Shown here in pieces: positions 1 through 9,267 of a stretch of DNA of 32,000 nucleotides. The notes beneath the pieces were generated by a model that saw only the letters and a list, made by a program, of their open reading frames with translations, did not search any database and was not told where the DNA came from. How positions within the stretch are numbered: the first letter of the stretch is position 1; each line of letters begins with the position of its first letter. The stretch lies in sequence record OR413342.1. One strand, 5' to 3'. Source of the stretch: Salmonella phage EH1. The position numbers and the translations under genes are program-made.

Positions 1-20
1 GTTCCCGTGAAGGTGAACAG

Positions 21-215
21 ATGAACTCCAAACCAGCTTTAATATTCAAGAAAGACAGAGGACAGTGGTTAATTGCTTTGGATAGCTCAGACCCGATGGT
101 TGACAACTTAATGAGTCGTACCCATATGGTGTTAAATAAGAAAGACATGGAAATCGTAATCGGGTTATTCGAACCGTGGTTACATCACGCATCTGTTGAG
201 GACTTAATTAAATAA
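21..215 (+). CDS. Hypothetical protein, 64 aa
   Basis: Complete ORF in the track, immediately upstream of the flap endonuclease gene (stop at 215 abuts the next ATG); no recognisable domain. Confidence 0.6.
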   Translation: MNSKPALIFKKDRGQWLIALDSSDPMVDNLMSRTHMVLNKKDMEIVIGLFEPWLHHASVEDLIK

Positions 216-1090
216 TGAGTAAATCCTGGGGAAAATTTATTGAAGAGGAAGAAGCTGAGCTGGCTTCTCGTCGCAACCTAATGATTGTTGATGGAACTAA
301 CTTAGGCTTCCGCTTCAAACATAATAATAGTAAGAAACCATTCGCTTCAAGTTATGTTTCTACAATTCAATCTCTCGCAAAATCCTACTCAGCTAGAACT
401 ACAATCGTTCTTGGCGATAAAGGAAAGTCTGTATTCCGTTTAGAGCATCTTCCTGATTACAAAGGGAACCGTGATGAAAAGTATGCTCAACGTACAGAAG
501 AAGAGAAAGCACTAGATGAACAGTTCTTCGAGTATCTTCGTGATGCTTTCGAGTTGTGTGAAACCACATTCCCAACTTTCACTATTCGTGGTGTAGAAGC
601 AGACGATATGGCAGCTTATATTGTTAAGCTCATTGGTCATTTATATGATCACGTTTGGCTGATCTCTACTGATGGTGACTGGGATACTCTATTAACTGAT
701 CGAGTTTCTCGCTTCTCCTTCACCACACGTCGTGAGTACCATCTTCGTGATATGTATGAACATCATAACGTTGACGATGTAGATCAGTTTATCTCTCTGA
801 AAGCAATTATGGGAGATCTTGGTGATAACATCCGTGGTGTTGAAGGCATCGGTGCAAAACGTGGTTATAATATTATCCGTGAATTTGGTAATGTTCTGGA
901 TATTATTGATCAACTCCCTCTGCCTGGGAAACAGAAATATATACAGAATCTGAACGCATCGGAGGAGTTGCTTTTTCGAAATCTGATTCTGGTTGATTTA
1001 CCGACCTATTGTGTAGATGCTATTGCTGCTGTGGGTCAAGACGTATTAGATAAGTTTACGAAAGATATTTTGGAGATCGCAGGACAATGA
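215..1090 (+). CDS. D15: 5'-3' exonuclease / flap endonuclease (T5 D15-like)
   Basis: 291 aa; MIVDGTNLGFR, GVEADDMAAYIV, STDGDWDTLL and GDNIRGVEGIGAKRG motifs typical of FEN/5' nuclease with helix-hairpin-helix; nearly identical in my recollection to T5 D15. Confidence 0.96.
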   Translation: MSKSWGKFIEEEEAELASRRNLMIVDGTNLGFRFKHNNSKKPFASSYVSTIQSLAKSYSARTTIVLGDKGKSVFRLEHLPDYKGNRDEKYAQRTEEEKALDEQFFEYLRDAFELCETTFPTFTIRGVEADDMAAYIVKLIGHLYDHVWLISTDGDWDTLLTDRVSRFSFTTRREYHLRDMYEHHNVDDVDQFISLKAIMGDLGDNIRGVEGIGAKRGYNIIREFGNVLDIIDQLPLPGKQKYIQNLNASEELLFRNLILVDLPTYCVDAIAAVGQDVLDKFTKDILEIAGQ

Positions 1091-1533
1091 TTAAAATTAA
1101 ACTAACTCATCCAGATTGCATGCCGAGGATTGGTTCTGATGATGCCGCAGGTATGGATCTGCGTGCATTCTTTGGTACTAACCTTGCGGCAGATTTACGT
1201 GCTATTGCACCAGGCAAATCCCTTATGATTGACACCGGTGTCGCGGTGGAAATTCCGCGAGGTTGGTTTGGTTTGGTAGTTCCTCGCAGCTCTTTAGGTA
1301 AGCGTAAACTAATGATCGCAAACACCGCAGGAGTGATCGACTCAGACTACCGTGGTACTATTAAGATGAACCTGTTTAACTACGGTTCTGAAATGCAAAC
1401 TCTGGAGAATTTCGAGAGACTTTGTCAGCTAGTGGTACTACCACACTACTCAACCCATCATTTTGAAATCGTTGACGAACTAGAGGAGACTGATCGTGGA
1501 GAAGGCGGATTTGGAAGCTCAGGAAGTAAGTAA
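1087..1533 (+). CDS. dut: dUTP diphosphatase
   Basis: 148 aa with dUTPase motifs: DDAAGMDLRA, PRSSLGKR, NTAGVIDSDYRG, C-terminal RGEGGFGSSG. 4-nt overlap with the upstream gene. Confidence 0.96.
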   Translation: MIKIKLTHPDCMPRIGSDDAAGMDLRAFFGTNLAADLRAIAPGKSLMIDTGVAVEIPRGWFGLVVPRSSLGKRKLMIANTAGVIDSDYRGTIKMNLFNYGSEMQTLENFERLCQLVVLPHYSTHHFEIVDELEETDRGEGGFGSSGSK

Positions 1534-1762
1534 TTTTGTTGACCCTAATACGGTAGGATTAGATATAGACCAATCTAATTTTTACAAGATTGACGTTAAA
1601 TACGTTGAACCTGAGAAAATAGTACTGAGAGTTGATGTATCGGGTGCAGTAGAACAGTGGGATGAAGAAGGGTTTATCGCACTTTGCACTGAATCTCAAG
1701 ATCCTATGCTTAAAGCCATGCTAGCAGTATATAACTTAGGTATTATTGCAGGTAGTAGATAA
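1496..1762 (+). CDS. Hypothetical protein, up to 88 aa (GTG start as called; true start uncertain)
   Basis: ORF overlaps the dUTPase 3' end by 38 nt and ends just before the terminator at 1767; the start as called is GTG and no strong RBS was identified. Confidence 0.55.
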   Translation: MEKADLEAQEVSNFVDPNTVGLDIDQSNFYKIDVKYVEPEKIVLRVDVSGAVEQWDEEGFIALCTESQDPMLKAMLAVYNLGIIAGSR

Positions 1763-1766
1763 TAAT

Positions 1767-1796
1767 AAACCCCAGTGGACAATCCACTGGGGTTTT
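1767..1796. terminator. Intrinsic terminator between converging transcription units, likely bidirectional
   Basis: AAACCCCAGTGG-acaat-CCACTGGGGTTTT followed by CTTTT on plus; A-rich left flank gives a shorter U-tract on minus. Lies between plus-strand stop (1762) and minus-strand fibre stop (1800). Confidence 0.93.
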
Positions 1797-1799
1797 CTT

Positions 1800-3677
1800 T
1801 TACTTAGTGAGTAGTTGATTGACAAGTTCTTTCAACTCTTCTATCTCTTTTTGCTGTGCTTGAATAGCCTGAGACATTTTAGCCATTATTGCAACCGTAT
1901 CTAGTTCATAAGCTCCTTTAGGGTTATTTTCATCAAAACCTTTGGTTAATCCTACGCCTTTGACACACTCTGGACTTATAGTTACAAGATCGTTTGCAAT
2001 CCAACCAGTTTTCATCTCCGACTCAGGTAGCATACCTCTATTCTTGTACCTAAAGTCAGCTATCTTCCACAGCATTACTTGTTTAAGGGCAACCTCATTA
2101 TCCGTACGATAAGTTATGTCTTTCTTTAGTAACTTATCAGATACTGGTGCTGTTTGTATATTACCAAAGTTAGAACTATCAATCCACAGCTGTGCAGCTC
2201 CTCCAGAATAGTCAATGCTATAACTATAAAGTTGTGGATCTCCTAGAAGTCCAGGCTTACATATAACACCACCGCTAGGATATAGAACAGTCTTTCTATT
2301 ATTAGAGATACTCAAAGCGTTAACTACTACTCGTGATGTCCCATCTACGAAGTTAGCCATACTCCCCGCTAATGTAGCGCCTTCAGCTCCTTTTACTGTC
2401 TCAAGAACTATTCTATTTGAGAAAGTAGGATCTCCACCTCTATCTAGTATAATACCATCAAATGATAAAGCTCTCAGAGTGTTAAAAGAAGCTACCCCAC
2501 CAGAAGAGAATTTATACCCGCCATAGCGAATAATATGACCTTGTGCATCAGCTAACGCAACGTTGAGATTAGCAACTGTATCAGGTTCACCCCACGTATA
2601 CTCAGGAACTAAACTAGTAATAACACGCTGTACCCCAGCAATATTATGAGAGCTTTCTAGTAATCCCCCTCTTAATATTGTACCTGTACTTGTAGGCTCA
2701 GAAAGAGTATTAACTATCCAACGTACTACCCCATTAGCAGGGGTCCATTCTGCAATATTAGGAATTCCTAATTTAGTTATAGCACCTGCAGCCGTAGTTG
2801 CTCCAGTACCACCATTAGTTACTGGGACAGTTGATTGCAGATTAAACTGTTCTTGCCAACCTTTCCAGTTACCTGTACCATCTAGAACGTTAATCCATGA
2901 ACTACCTGATAATCCAACAGCCTTTAAAACACCATACTGTGCAGCACCGTTAATATCTACCCCATGACAGTGGAAATTATACGTCCACCAACCTTCTTTA
3001 ACAGGAGGTATATGTGTAACTAAATCCCCGGAAGAGTAGTATCCACTTTGACCTGCAATAGCAATATAGTCTAAGACATTACTATTTGCCGGAATTATCT
3101 CCGCATTAGCCCCAACAGGGATATTTAGATTTTTCCTTGCGTTCTTAGGATTTAAAGCACCAGTACCTCCACTACTAATCCCTAGTGCAATTTCTTGGCC
3201 TGTTTCAGGGTTATAGGCCCCCCACATGGAATCAGATATTCTAAGTATCTTTTTCCTGTCTGGACTAAACATTCTAGTATCTACAGCAGTCATTTCAAAA
3301 GCCGTAAGACCTAGATTCTTTCTAGCTCCAGCAACATCAGTAGCGCCAGTACCACCCTGAGCAATAGTTATAGCTTTTGTAAGTGCATTTAGTTCAGTAA
3401 TATCATTATTAGCACCTTTAGCTGCTTTAGTACCTAGAGTAGTATTAATTCCTCCAAGAGCAGTGTTAATATTACCAATAGATTCATTAATACTATTGAT
3501 AGATGCATCAGTAGCAGCCTTATCAACAGCATATTTAGACAATTGAAGGTATTTAGAAGTTAGTACAACAGCACCAGCTTCTCCATCAACAGAGAAAACG
3601 CCGGCAACCGCGGCGTCTCTATTAACTACAACATAAGGGGCCATAGCCCCACTTTTTGGCATTAAATTACGTGACAT
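1800..3677 (-). CDS. Tail fibre protein with C-terminal intramolecular chaperone (peptidase S74 type)
   Basis: 625 aa; fibre repeats IAQGGTGATDVAGARKNLGL and ISSGGTGALNPKNARKNLNI; C-terminal PVSDKLLKKDITYRTDNE...WKIADFRYKNRG...GWIANDLVTISPECV is S74-like with putative S|D autocleavage. Confidence 0.85.
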   Translation of the reverse strand: MSRNLMPKSGAMAPYVVVNRDAAVAGVFSVDGEAGAVVLTSKYLQLSKYAVDKAATDASINSINESIGNINTALGGINTTLGTKAAKGANNDITELNALTKAITIAQGGTGATDVAGARKNLGLTAFEMTAVDTRMFSPDRKKILRISDSMWGAYNPETGQEIALGISSGGTGALNPKNARKNLNIPVGANAEIIPANSNVLDYIAIAGQSGYYSSGDLVTHIPPVKEGWWTYNFHCHGVDINGAAQYGVLKAVGLSGSSWINVLDGTGNWKGWQEQFNLQSTVPVTNGGTGATTAAGAITKLGIPNIAEWTPANGVVRWIVNTLSEPTSTGTILRGGLLESSHNIAGVQRVITSLVPEYTWGEPDTVANLNVALADAQGHIIRYGGYKFSSGGVASFNTLRALSFDGIILDRGGDPTFSNRIVLETVKGAEGATLAGSMANFVDGTSRVVVNALSISNNRKTVLYPSGGVICKPGLLGDPQLYSYSIDYSGGAAQLWIDSSNFGNIQTAPVSDKLLKKDITYRTDNEVALKQVMLWKIADFRYKNRGMLPESEMKTGWIANDLVTISPECVKGVGLTKGFDENNPKGAYELDTVAIMAKMSQAIQAQQKEIEELKELVNQLLTK

Positions 3678-3694
3678 TAACTAGTACCTTTATA

Positions 3695-3710
3695 AGGGGC
3701 CTAGGCCCCT
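3695..3710. repeat. Perfect 16-nt palindrome between the two fibre genes
   Basis: AGGGGCCTAGGCCCCT, self-complementary; can form a 6-bp GC-rich stem with a CTAG loop. Confidence 0.8.
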
Positions 3711-3719
3711 ACTGTATTA

Positions 3720-6700
3720 TCATAGTGACGTTAAAGATGTAACAGCTTGCTTAAGTTGTTCTAACTCTTGCTCCAGTTTATTCATCTTATTACCCATATA
3801 AACCATTGCACACGCCATATCTGTTAGAATAACATTACTATCAAGAGCAAGTGTGTCGTCAGCTCTACCAGTTTCTATTTGCCTATCAACATATTCGTTA
3901 CCATCCGTGTCAACCCCAATTACGTCTTCAAAAACTGGAGAGCCAGGTACGATTTTTACATATTGAAGATCTATTTTTGCAAGATCCTGGGCTATAAGAC
4001 CATAACGTTGAGTATCGCCCCACTTATATTTAAACATAGTAGGCAACCACTGCATAACACGGTCATAACTTTCCTTTCCATCTGTGTAAATAATTTCTTT
4101 ATTTAAGTCACGGTCTGAAGTTGGGTTTTTTGCAAAATCATAACCAACTCCCCACATATCCCCGGGCGCGTTTGCCCATGTTCCTAAACTACCATCTACG
4201 TTAAATTCAAATCCTCTATGTTTATCGGTATCGCCTAACAGCTTGAGTATTGTCCTGGACCATCCAGAGGCGCCCGGGGACAACATACCAATTGCGAAAC
4301 GTATGTTATAACCGTTTGGAGTTGAAGTGCCTCCCGCGACTACCGGACTGAATGATGCGTTATTGTTAGTTGTACTCACTGAATTGAATGGAATTCCATT
4401 ACCACTATCGTTCTGCTCAATACCCCAACCATGAATGTTACCCACAGTGCCAGCATTAAATGCACGCGCTTTATGGTAGCCTGTTGGATAGAAATCAAAG
4501 TCAGCCCCATCAATACTAGGACTATAAACTCTTAAACGATGACATTTAATCTTGTCTGAACCAGATCTAACAGCACCGGATATTGACATATCATTATACC
4601 AGTTATACCTAGTAAAGTTAGCCCAATCATCCAAAGGAACACTAGCCCCGGCATAAAGCTCAAGATTGTTTCGCTCACCTCCTTCCATTGTAAAAGCGTA
4701 GTTAGCACCAATTTTTATTTTCTGAGCACTAAATTGACCATTTTCGTCAAACTGGTAGAAAGCTGTTTTATCGGCGGTTGAGTTTGTAGTCCTTATTGTT
4801 GTTTTCGCTACACCAGATTGAAGTTCGTTGTAAATAGAGGAATAAGAAATTAAGTTTCTAGAAGCATCGTGATTCCTCATATATAACAGACCAGAATTGA
4901 ATCCATTATATAAGCTAGCAGCAACTTCGGCAAAGCTAGGTGTATTAGTTTCTCCTAATTCTATGTTAGCCCTTGCACCTGCTGCATTCGTCGCCCCTGT
5001 ACCACCATTATTAATAGCTAGAATTCCTTGGGTATCATTATTTAAATCAGGCTTATTTGCAGAACCGTATAGAATATTAGTATGGATAGTAGGATTTTCA
5101 CTATCTAATTGATTATCATTTATAGTCCCGACAAAAACAATACCACTAGAGTATTGGGGGCAAATAAATGAGTGGGTATCTGCAGTTTTAGAATAAAATC
5201 CTGCAGAATACGCCGGTAGTCCACCTATTCCTGTGTCATTTCTATAGTAGCCAGAACCAAAAGCTCTCATAGCTTTAAAAAGAGATACTAAATCAGGCTC
5301 GTTTAAAGTGAGTCCTGCACCCCCTAAGCCAAAAGCACCACGAAGTAAAACCTCACCATTAATGCCATCCCAAACATTCTTAGTAACAACGTTACCTAGA
5401 GAAATATTACCACTCTCGTCTGGGCGAATAGTTCCGTTAACCATTGCTACATAAGGAAGTTTAATAGCTCCGGTATCATCAGCAGGACCAATTCCATTCA
5501 CAGTAGTGATATAGGGAATTTGCTCTTTAATTGCGCCAGCATCTTCCTCTCCCTTAGTTGGAGCGCGGAATGCTTGCCCTTGCATCATATCTGGTAAACG
5601 GAACGTCGTAGATCCATCACCAGTAGAGAAATAAAGAGTTGCACCAGCCTGCCATTCAGCTTCTGAAACAGAAGGAATTAGACCAGCTTCGATAGCTTCC
5701 CAAGTATCCGGGTAGTCAACACGAAGTACTTCACGACCATCAGCAGGCAGAACACCGGAGTAACCAACACCTGAATCTTTATCATAAGGGAACCAAGTAA
5801 CTTCACCTAACCATAAAGAAGGGTTACCACCAGGAAGTGTGATCTGTACGTTACCAGCATCATCTGCATGAACGTTATTGATTGATACGAGTTTCTGTTC
5901 AATTTCTACTAATTCTAGGACAGGAGCCTCAGCAGTACCAGCAACCTTATACCAACCATATTTTGAACCAGTTTGGTTCCAGACTAGAATCTTTTCACCC
6001 AGAACACGATTTGCAACATCTGCATCAGCTTCTGCTTTTGTCTTATAAACTTTGATGAAACCAGATATATCTTCTTTATCCAGCTTGCTATCTACAATCT
6101 GAGCTGCGCGATCGGCTTCAGCCTTAGCACGATTTGCCTCAGTAGTAGCATCTACAGCCTTATCTCCTGCTTCTACAGCAGAACCAGCCGCATTAGTTTC
6201 TGATTCTTTAGCATTTAATTCTGATTGTTTAGCGGAAGCAGCATGTTCTCCAGCAGTTGTAGCAGCAGCTTCTGCACCTGCTTTTGCTGTTTCAGCACCA
6301 GTCTTAGCAGTTTCTGCAGCTGTCTGAGCTTGTTGAGCCGCAGTATTAGCTTGTTCGGCAAGTCTACGACTGGTCTCCGCATTTTGAGCAGCTAATTCAG
6401 CAGAATTCCTGAATCCTTTAGATTCTTCCGCCGATGTAGCGGATGCTTCAGCACTCTTTTGTGACAGACCAGCTTGTCTCTCAGCTTCCGCGGCAGATGC
6501 CGCAGATTGAGTTGCAGATGTTTCAGAAGAAGTAGCATAAATTGCAGCTAGGTTCTCCGAGTCCTTAGCATTTGTTTCAGATTCTTTTGCTGCAATTTCG
6601 GAATCTTTTGCTGCCGCAGCAGAAGCAGCAGAGGCTTCTACAGCAGCAGTTAATTCACCAGCAGTAATAGAACTAATAGAATTACCTAAAACTACTGTAT

Positions 6701-6782
6701 ATTTAGGATACTTACTAGCAGTAGTTGTAGTGTCATCTATGTTCAGAATCTGCTGTACAATAATTTTAGTTTTAAGTGCCAT
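3720..6782 (-). CDS. ltf: L-shaped tail fibre-like protein (T5 Ltf/pb1-like N-terminus), S74 chaperone at C-terminus
   Basis: 1020 aa; N-terminus [11 protein letters not shown]...TASKYPKYTVVLGNSISSITAGE resembles T5 pb1 from memory; long Ala-rich heptad-like region; C-terminus NPTSDRDLNKEIIYTDGKESYDRVMQWLPTMFKYKW...YGLIAQDLAKI is an S74 chaperone. Confidence 0.88.
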   Translation of the reverse strand: MALKTKIIVQQILNIDDTTTTASKYPKYTVVLGNSISSITAGELTAAVEASAASAAAAKDSEIAAKESETNAKDSENLAAIYATSSETSATQSAASAAEAERQAGLSQKSAEASATSAEESKGFRNSAELAAQNAETSRRLAEQANTAAQQAQTAAETAKTGAETAKAGAEAAATTAGEHAASAKQSELNAKESETNAAGSAVEAGDKAVDATTEANRAKAEADRAAQIVDSKLDKEDISGFIKVYKTKAEADADVANRVLGEKILVWNQTGSKYGWYKVAGTAEAPVLELVEIEQKLVSINNVHADDAGNVQITLPGGNPSLWLGEVTWFPYDKDSGVGYSGVLPADGREVLRVDYPDTWEAIEAGLIPSVSEAEWQAGATLYFSTGDGSTTFRLPDMMQGQAFRAPTKGEEDAGAIKEQIPYITTVNGIGPADDTGAIKLPYVAMVNGTIRPDESGNISLGNVVTKNVWDGINGEVLLRGAFGLGGAGLTLNEPDLVSLFKAMRAFGSGYYRNDTGIGGLPAYSAGFYSKTADTHSFICPQYSSGIVFVGTINDNQLDSENPTIHTNILYGSANKPDLNNDTQGILAINNGGTGATNAAGARANIELGETNTPSFAEVAASLYNGFNSGLLYMRNHDASRNLISYSSIYNELQSGVAKTTIRTTNSTADKTAFYQFDENGQFSAQKIKIGANYAFTMEGGERNNLELYAGASVPLDDWANFTRYNWYNDMSISGAVRSGSDKIKCHRLRVYSPSIDGADFDFYPTGYHKARAFNAGTVGNIHGWGIEQNDSGNGIPFNSVSTTNNNASFSPVVAGGTSTPNGYNIRFAIGMLSPGASGWSRTILKLLGDTDKHRGFEFNVDGSLGTWANAPGDMWGVGYDFAKNPTSDRDLNKEIIYTDGKESYDRVMQWLPTMFKYKWGDTQRYGLIAQDLAKIDLQYVKIVPGSPVFEDVIGVDTDGNEYVDRQIETGRADDTLALDSNVILTDMACAMVYMGNKMNKLEQELEQLKQAVTSLTSL

Positions 6783-7204
6783 TATTGAGTTACTCCATCG
6801 CTGATGTATACTTTACCTTCCATAATACGGAAAGAACTGACTTCAGAGCCAATTACATCACGAGTCATTAGGATATCATAATAACCAGCAAAACGTTGTC
6901 TTGGGTTATACTTATCACGTTCTTTAGATGCTTTTTCACCAATATTAGTAACGTCTGCAACGGAAAGACTAATTGCAGCAGCACCTTGAGCAGCATCAAT
7001 AACACGAGTTTTAAAGTTAGCTAGAACCTCGGCGTTCTCATCTAAACTAGATTTAATAGTTCCTCGGAGTGAATATCCGGTTAAGTTAACAGGAACTTCT
7101 GTTGGTGGATATACACTGTCATCAACATCCATAAACTGCATGATAAGACCATAAGGTACTTTCTCATCAACAACAATATCAATAACTCGGTTTTCTGTAC
7201 TCAT
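6782..7204 (-). CDS. Tail collar / fibre-attachment protein (T5 p132-like)
   Basis: 140 aa; size and position between Ltf and pb4-like genes match T5 p132. Confidence 0.7.
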   Translation of the reverse strand: MSTENRVIDIVVDEKVPYGLIMQFMDVDDSVYPPTEVPVNLTGYSLRGTIKSSLDENAEVLANFKTRVIDAAQGAAAISLSVADVTNIGEKASKERDKYNPRQRFAGYYDILMTRDVIGSEVSSFRIMEGKVYISDGVTQ

Positions 7205-7209
7205 TATAA

Positions 7210-9267
7210 TTACCTTATATGGATATACCCACTATTTAGGTCTATCTTCATCTTGTAGTATGCTTCAGGGTTCCCTGATAACGCAGCATTTCTATCGTAG
7301 ATTATATTAACACCGATTTGTGATAAGAAGGCATTTCCTGCCACAATCTTATCCGCAGTAACCGTTCCATTAACAATCATATTGCCATGAAGAACCATTG
7401 CAGGGTTAATCCATCCAACTCCATTCCATTGACGGGTAAATGCTGTTTGCGGAGCATTACTGTTAAATTGTGTTAGAACATCATACTTAACCGGAGGTTT
7501 TCCAAAGTTATTTTGGAAGAATGCGTTAGCTTGTCCATCATCCCAACCACCTAACCCAGGAATACCCATGGAGTACATCCCCGGTCCACGCTGTCCATCA
7601 TGTCCTATAGTACCTTCAGTACCACTCCACTGAACTACATCAGACCAGCTAGTACCTTCAAGAAGTTTGTTAGTAACTGGATCAAGTGTACCTGTAGTCG
7701 CATAGATATTTTGTGTCATATCTGTACGGTTAGGTGGAGTTTTTGACCAACCAGGAGGCGGATAATCTTGCTCTAGCGGTTTGGCCGGTAAAGATGTTGC
7801 TAACTTATAAACAAATACTGTTTGCTTACCTTGTAAACCAGTTCCAATATCTACGTCACCATTTGGCGTTCCAATTACTACACCACTAGAGATGCGCAGA
7901 GTAGTGCCATCATAACGTATCCATTGTGTAGCATTACCAATGTCTAATTTAGCTTTGGCAGAGGTATTATCCATACCCATCCAAATACCAGAGTTATTAT
8001 CCCCCCAGGATTTACCCTGAGTATAAATTGCTGGGTTATCTTTACCAGACAAGTTAGTCATGATAAAGTTCGCAGCATTAATATCTCTAGTAATTACTTT
8101 ACCATCAACGTTAACAACACGGTTTATAGGGTCGAAAGAAATAGGTGCTTTACCTTCTTCATCGAGCAGACCAATGTTAATAGCACCAGTAGCTGCATCA
8201 ATTAGGAATGTTTGTCTCCAGATTTCCCCATCTTTCATGCTGCCTTTAATAAAGGCATAGTTAACATCAATACCCGTCTCATTGACAAAACTATTATCTA
8301 GAGGAGTATCTTCATTCAGAATAAATGTTACAGGAGCTGACTCGGTTATATCTTGTTTATTTGGTCCCCAGGCAATTGATGATACCTTAAACGTATGTTC
8401 AACTCTCCATGGGAATGATATAATTGTTGCAGCTCTAGCAGCACCCACGTTTATCTTTTGAGCTTTAGCCCAGCCAGTCTTAGCGTATTCCTCGGAATTT
8501 ATATAAGTAACCAAGAACTCACGAACGTTAGCACCAGCACCGCGTTCCCAATCCCACTCAATTCTAACATCATATCGTTCTTTACCATCAGCAATTCGTG
8601 CAGCTTTAAAAACAATATCGATAGGTGCAGTAGGAGGAACAAAATTATAAGCTACAGTTAGAATATTAGGGAACTCATAGTAACCAGAAGAATCAACTGT
8701 AACACCATCAGGCATAGTTACTTGACCAGATATTCTGATCTTATAATCTCCGATAGGAACTCCGCCAAATTTAATAGTAGAACCTAAAGCCCCGATATAA
8801 TATTTAGTCCATGGACTGTCTTCAGTGGCTGTACTTTTTAACTCAATAGTACAGTAGCTTGCTTCACCAGTTGTTTCCACAACAACTATTGGTGCGCCCA
8901 CCCCAACATCCACAGGTTCTGACTCAGATCTTGCTGCAACAATTATTGGCTTCTCTTTTGTTTTAAAGTTAGTTTCATTAGAGAGGTTGATACCAATTTT
9001 TGCATTTAAAAGTTCTGAGTCAATAATTGAATCATAAAAAGCTCCCTGAACCTGATAAATAGTTGAGGGAGTTAAATTATTGATCATAACAAAGAAAGTG
9101 TCGATTCCAGTGAAATCTCTTCTATCCACTTCTTCGCCAAGTTTAAGCCAGAATGATCTACCGATAACATCGTAGTCGGTATAGATAGAATGCTGGATAT
9201 ACGCCATCGTATACCCAGTCATAATACTATTTAAGACCATCTTGGCTGGTGCATTATTCGAAATCAT
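7210..9267 (-). CDS. Baseplate / straight central fibre protein (T5 pb4-like)
   Basis: 685 aa; internal FNIII-like segments ([34 protein letters not shown]...); position directly downstream of the pb3-like gene. Confidence 0.78.
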   Translation of the reverse strand: MISNNAPAKMVLNSIMTGYTMAYIQHSIYTDYDVIGRSFWLKLGEEVDRRDFTGIDTFFVMINNLTPSTIYQVQGAFYDSIIDSELLNAKIGINLSNETNFKTKEKPIIVAARSESEPVDVGVGAPIVVVETTGEASYCTIELKSTATEDSPWTKYYIGALGSTIKFGGVPIGDYKIRISGQVTMPDGVTVDSSGYYEFPNILTVAYNFVPPTAPIDIVFKAARIADGKERYDVRIEWDWERGAGANVREFLVTYINSEEYAKTGWAKAQKINVGAARAATIISFPWRVEHTFKVSSIAWGPNKQDITESAPVTFILNEDTPLDNSFVNETGIDVNYAFIKGSMKDGEIWRQTFLIDAATGAINIGLLDEEGKAPISFDPINRVVNVDGKVITRDINAANFIMTNLSGKDNPAIYTQGKSWGDNNSGIWMGMDNTSAKAKLDIGNATQWIRYDGTTLRISSGVVIGTPNGDVDIGTGLQGKQTVFVYKLATSLPAKPLEQDYPPPGWSKTPPNRTDMTQNIYATTGTLDPVTNKLLEGTSWSDVVQWSGTEGTIGHDGQRGPGMYSMGIPGLGGWDDGQANAFFQNNFGKPPVKYDVLTQFNSNAPQTAFTRQWNGVGWINPAMVLHGNMIVNGTVTADKIVAGNAFLSQIGVNIIYDRNAALSGNPEAYYKMKIDLNSGYIHIR

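Noticed and set aside
5562-5570. AGCGCGGAA, near-match to the T5 single-strand nick sequence (RGCGCGGTG as recalled)
   Set aside because: Two mismatches at the 3' end; I did not find an exact match on either strand by eye, so no nick site is claimed. An exact pattern search would settle it.
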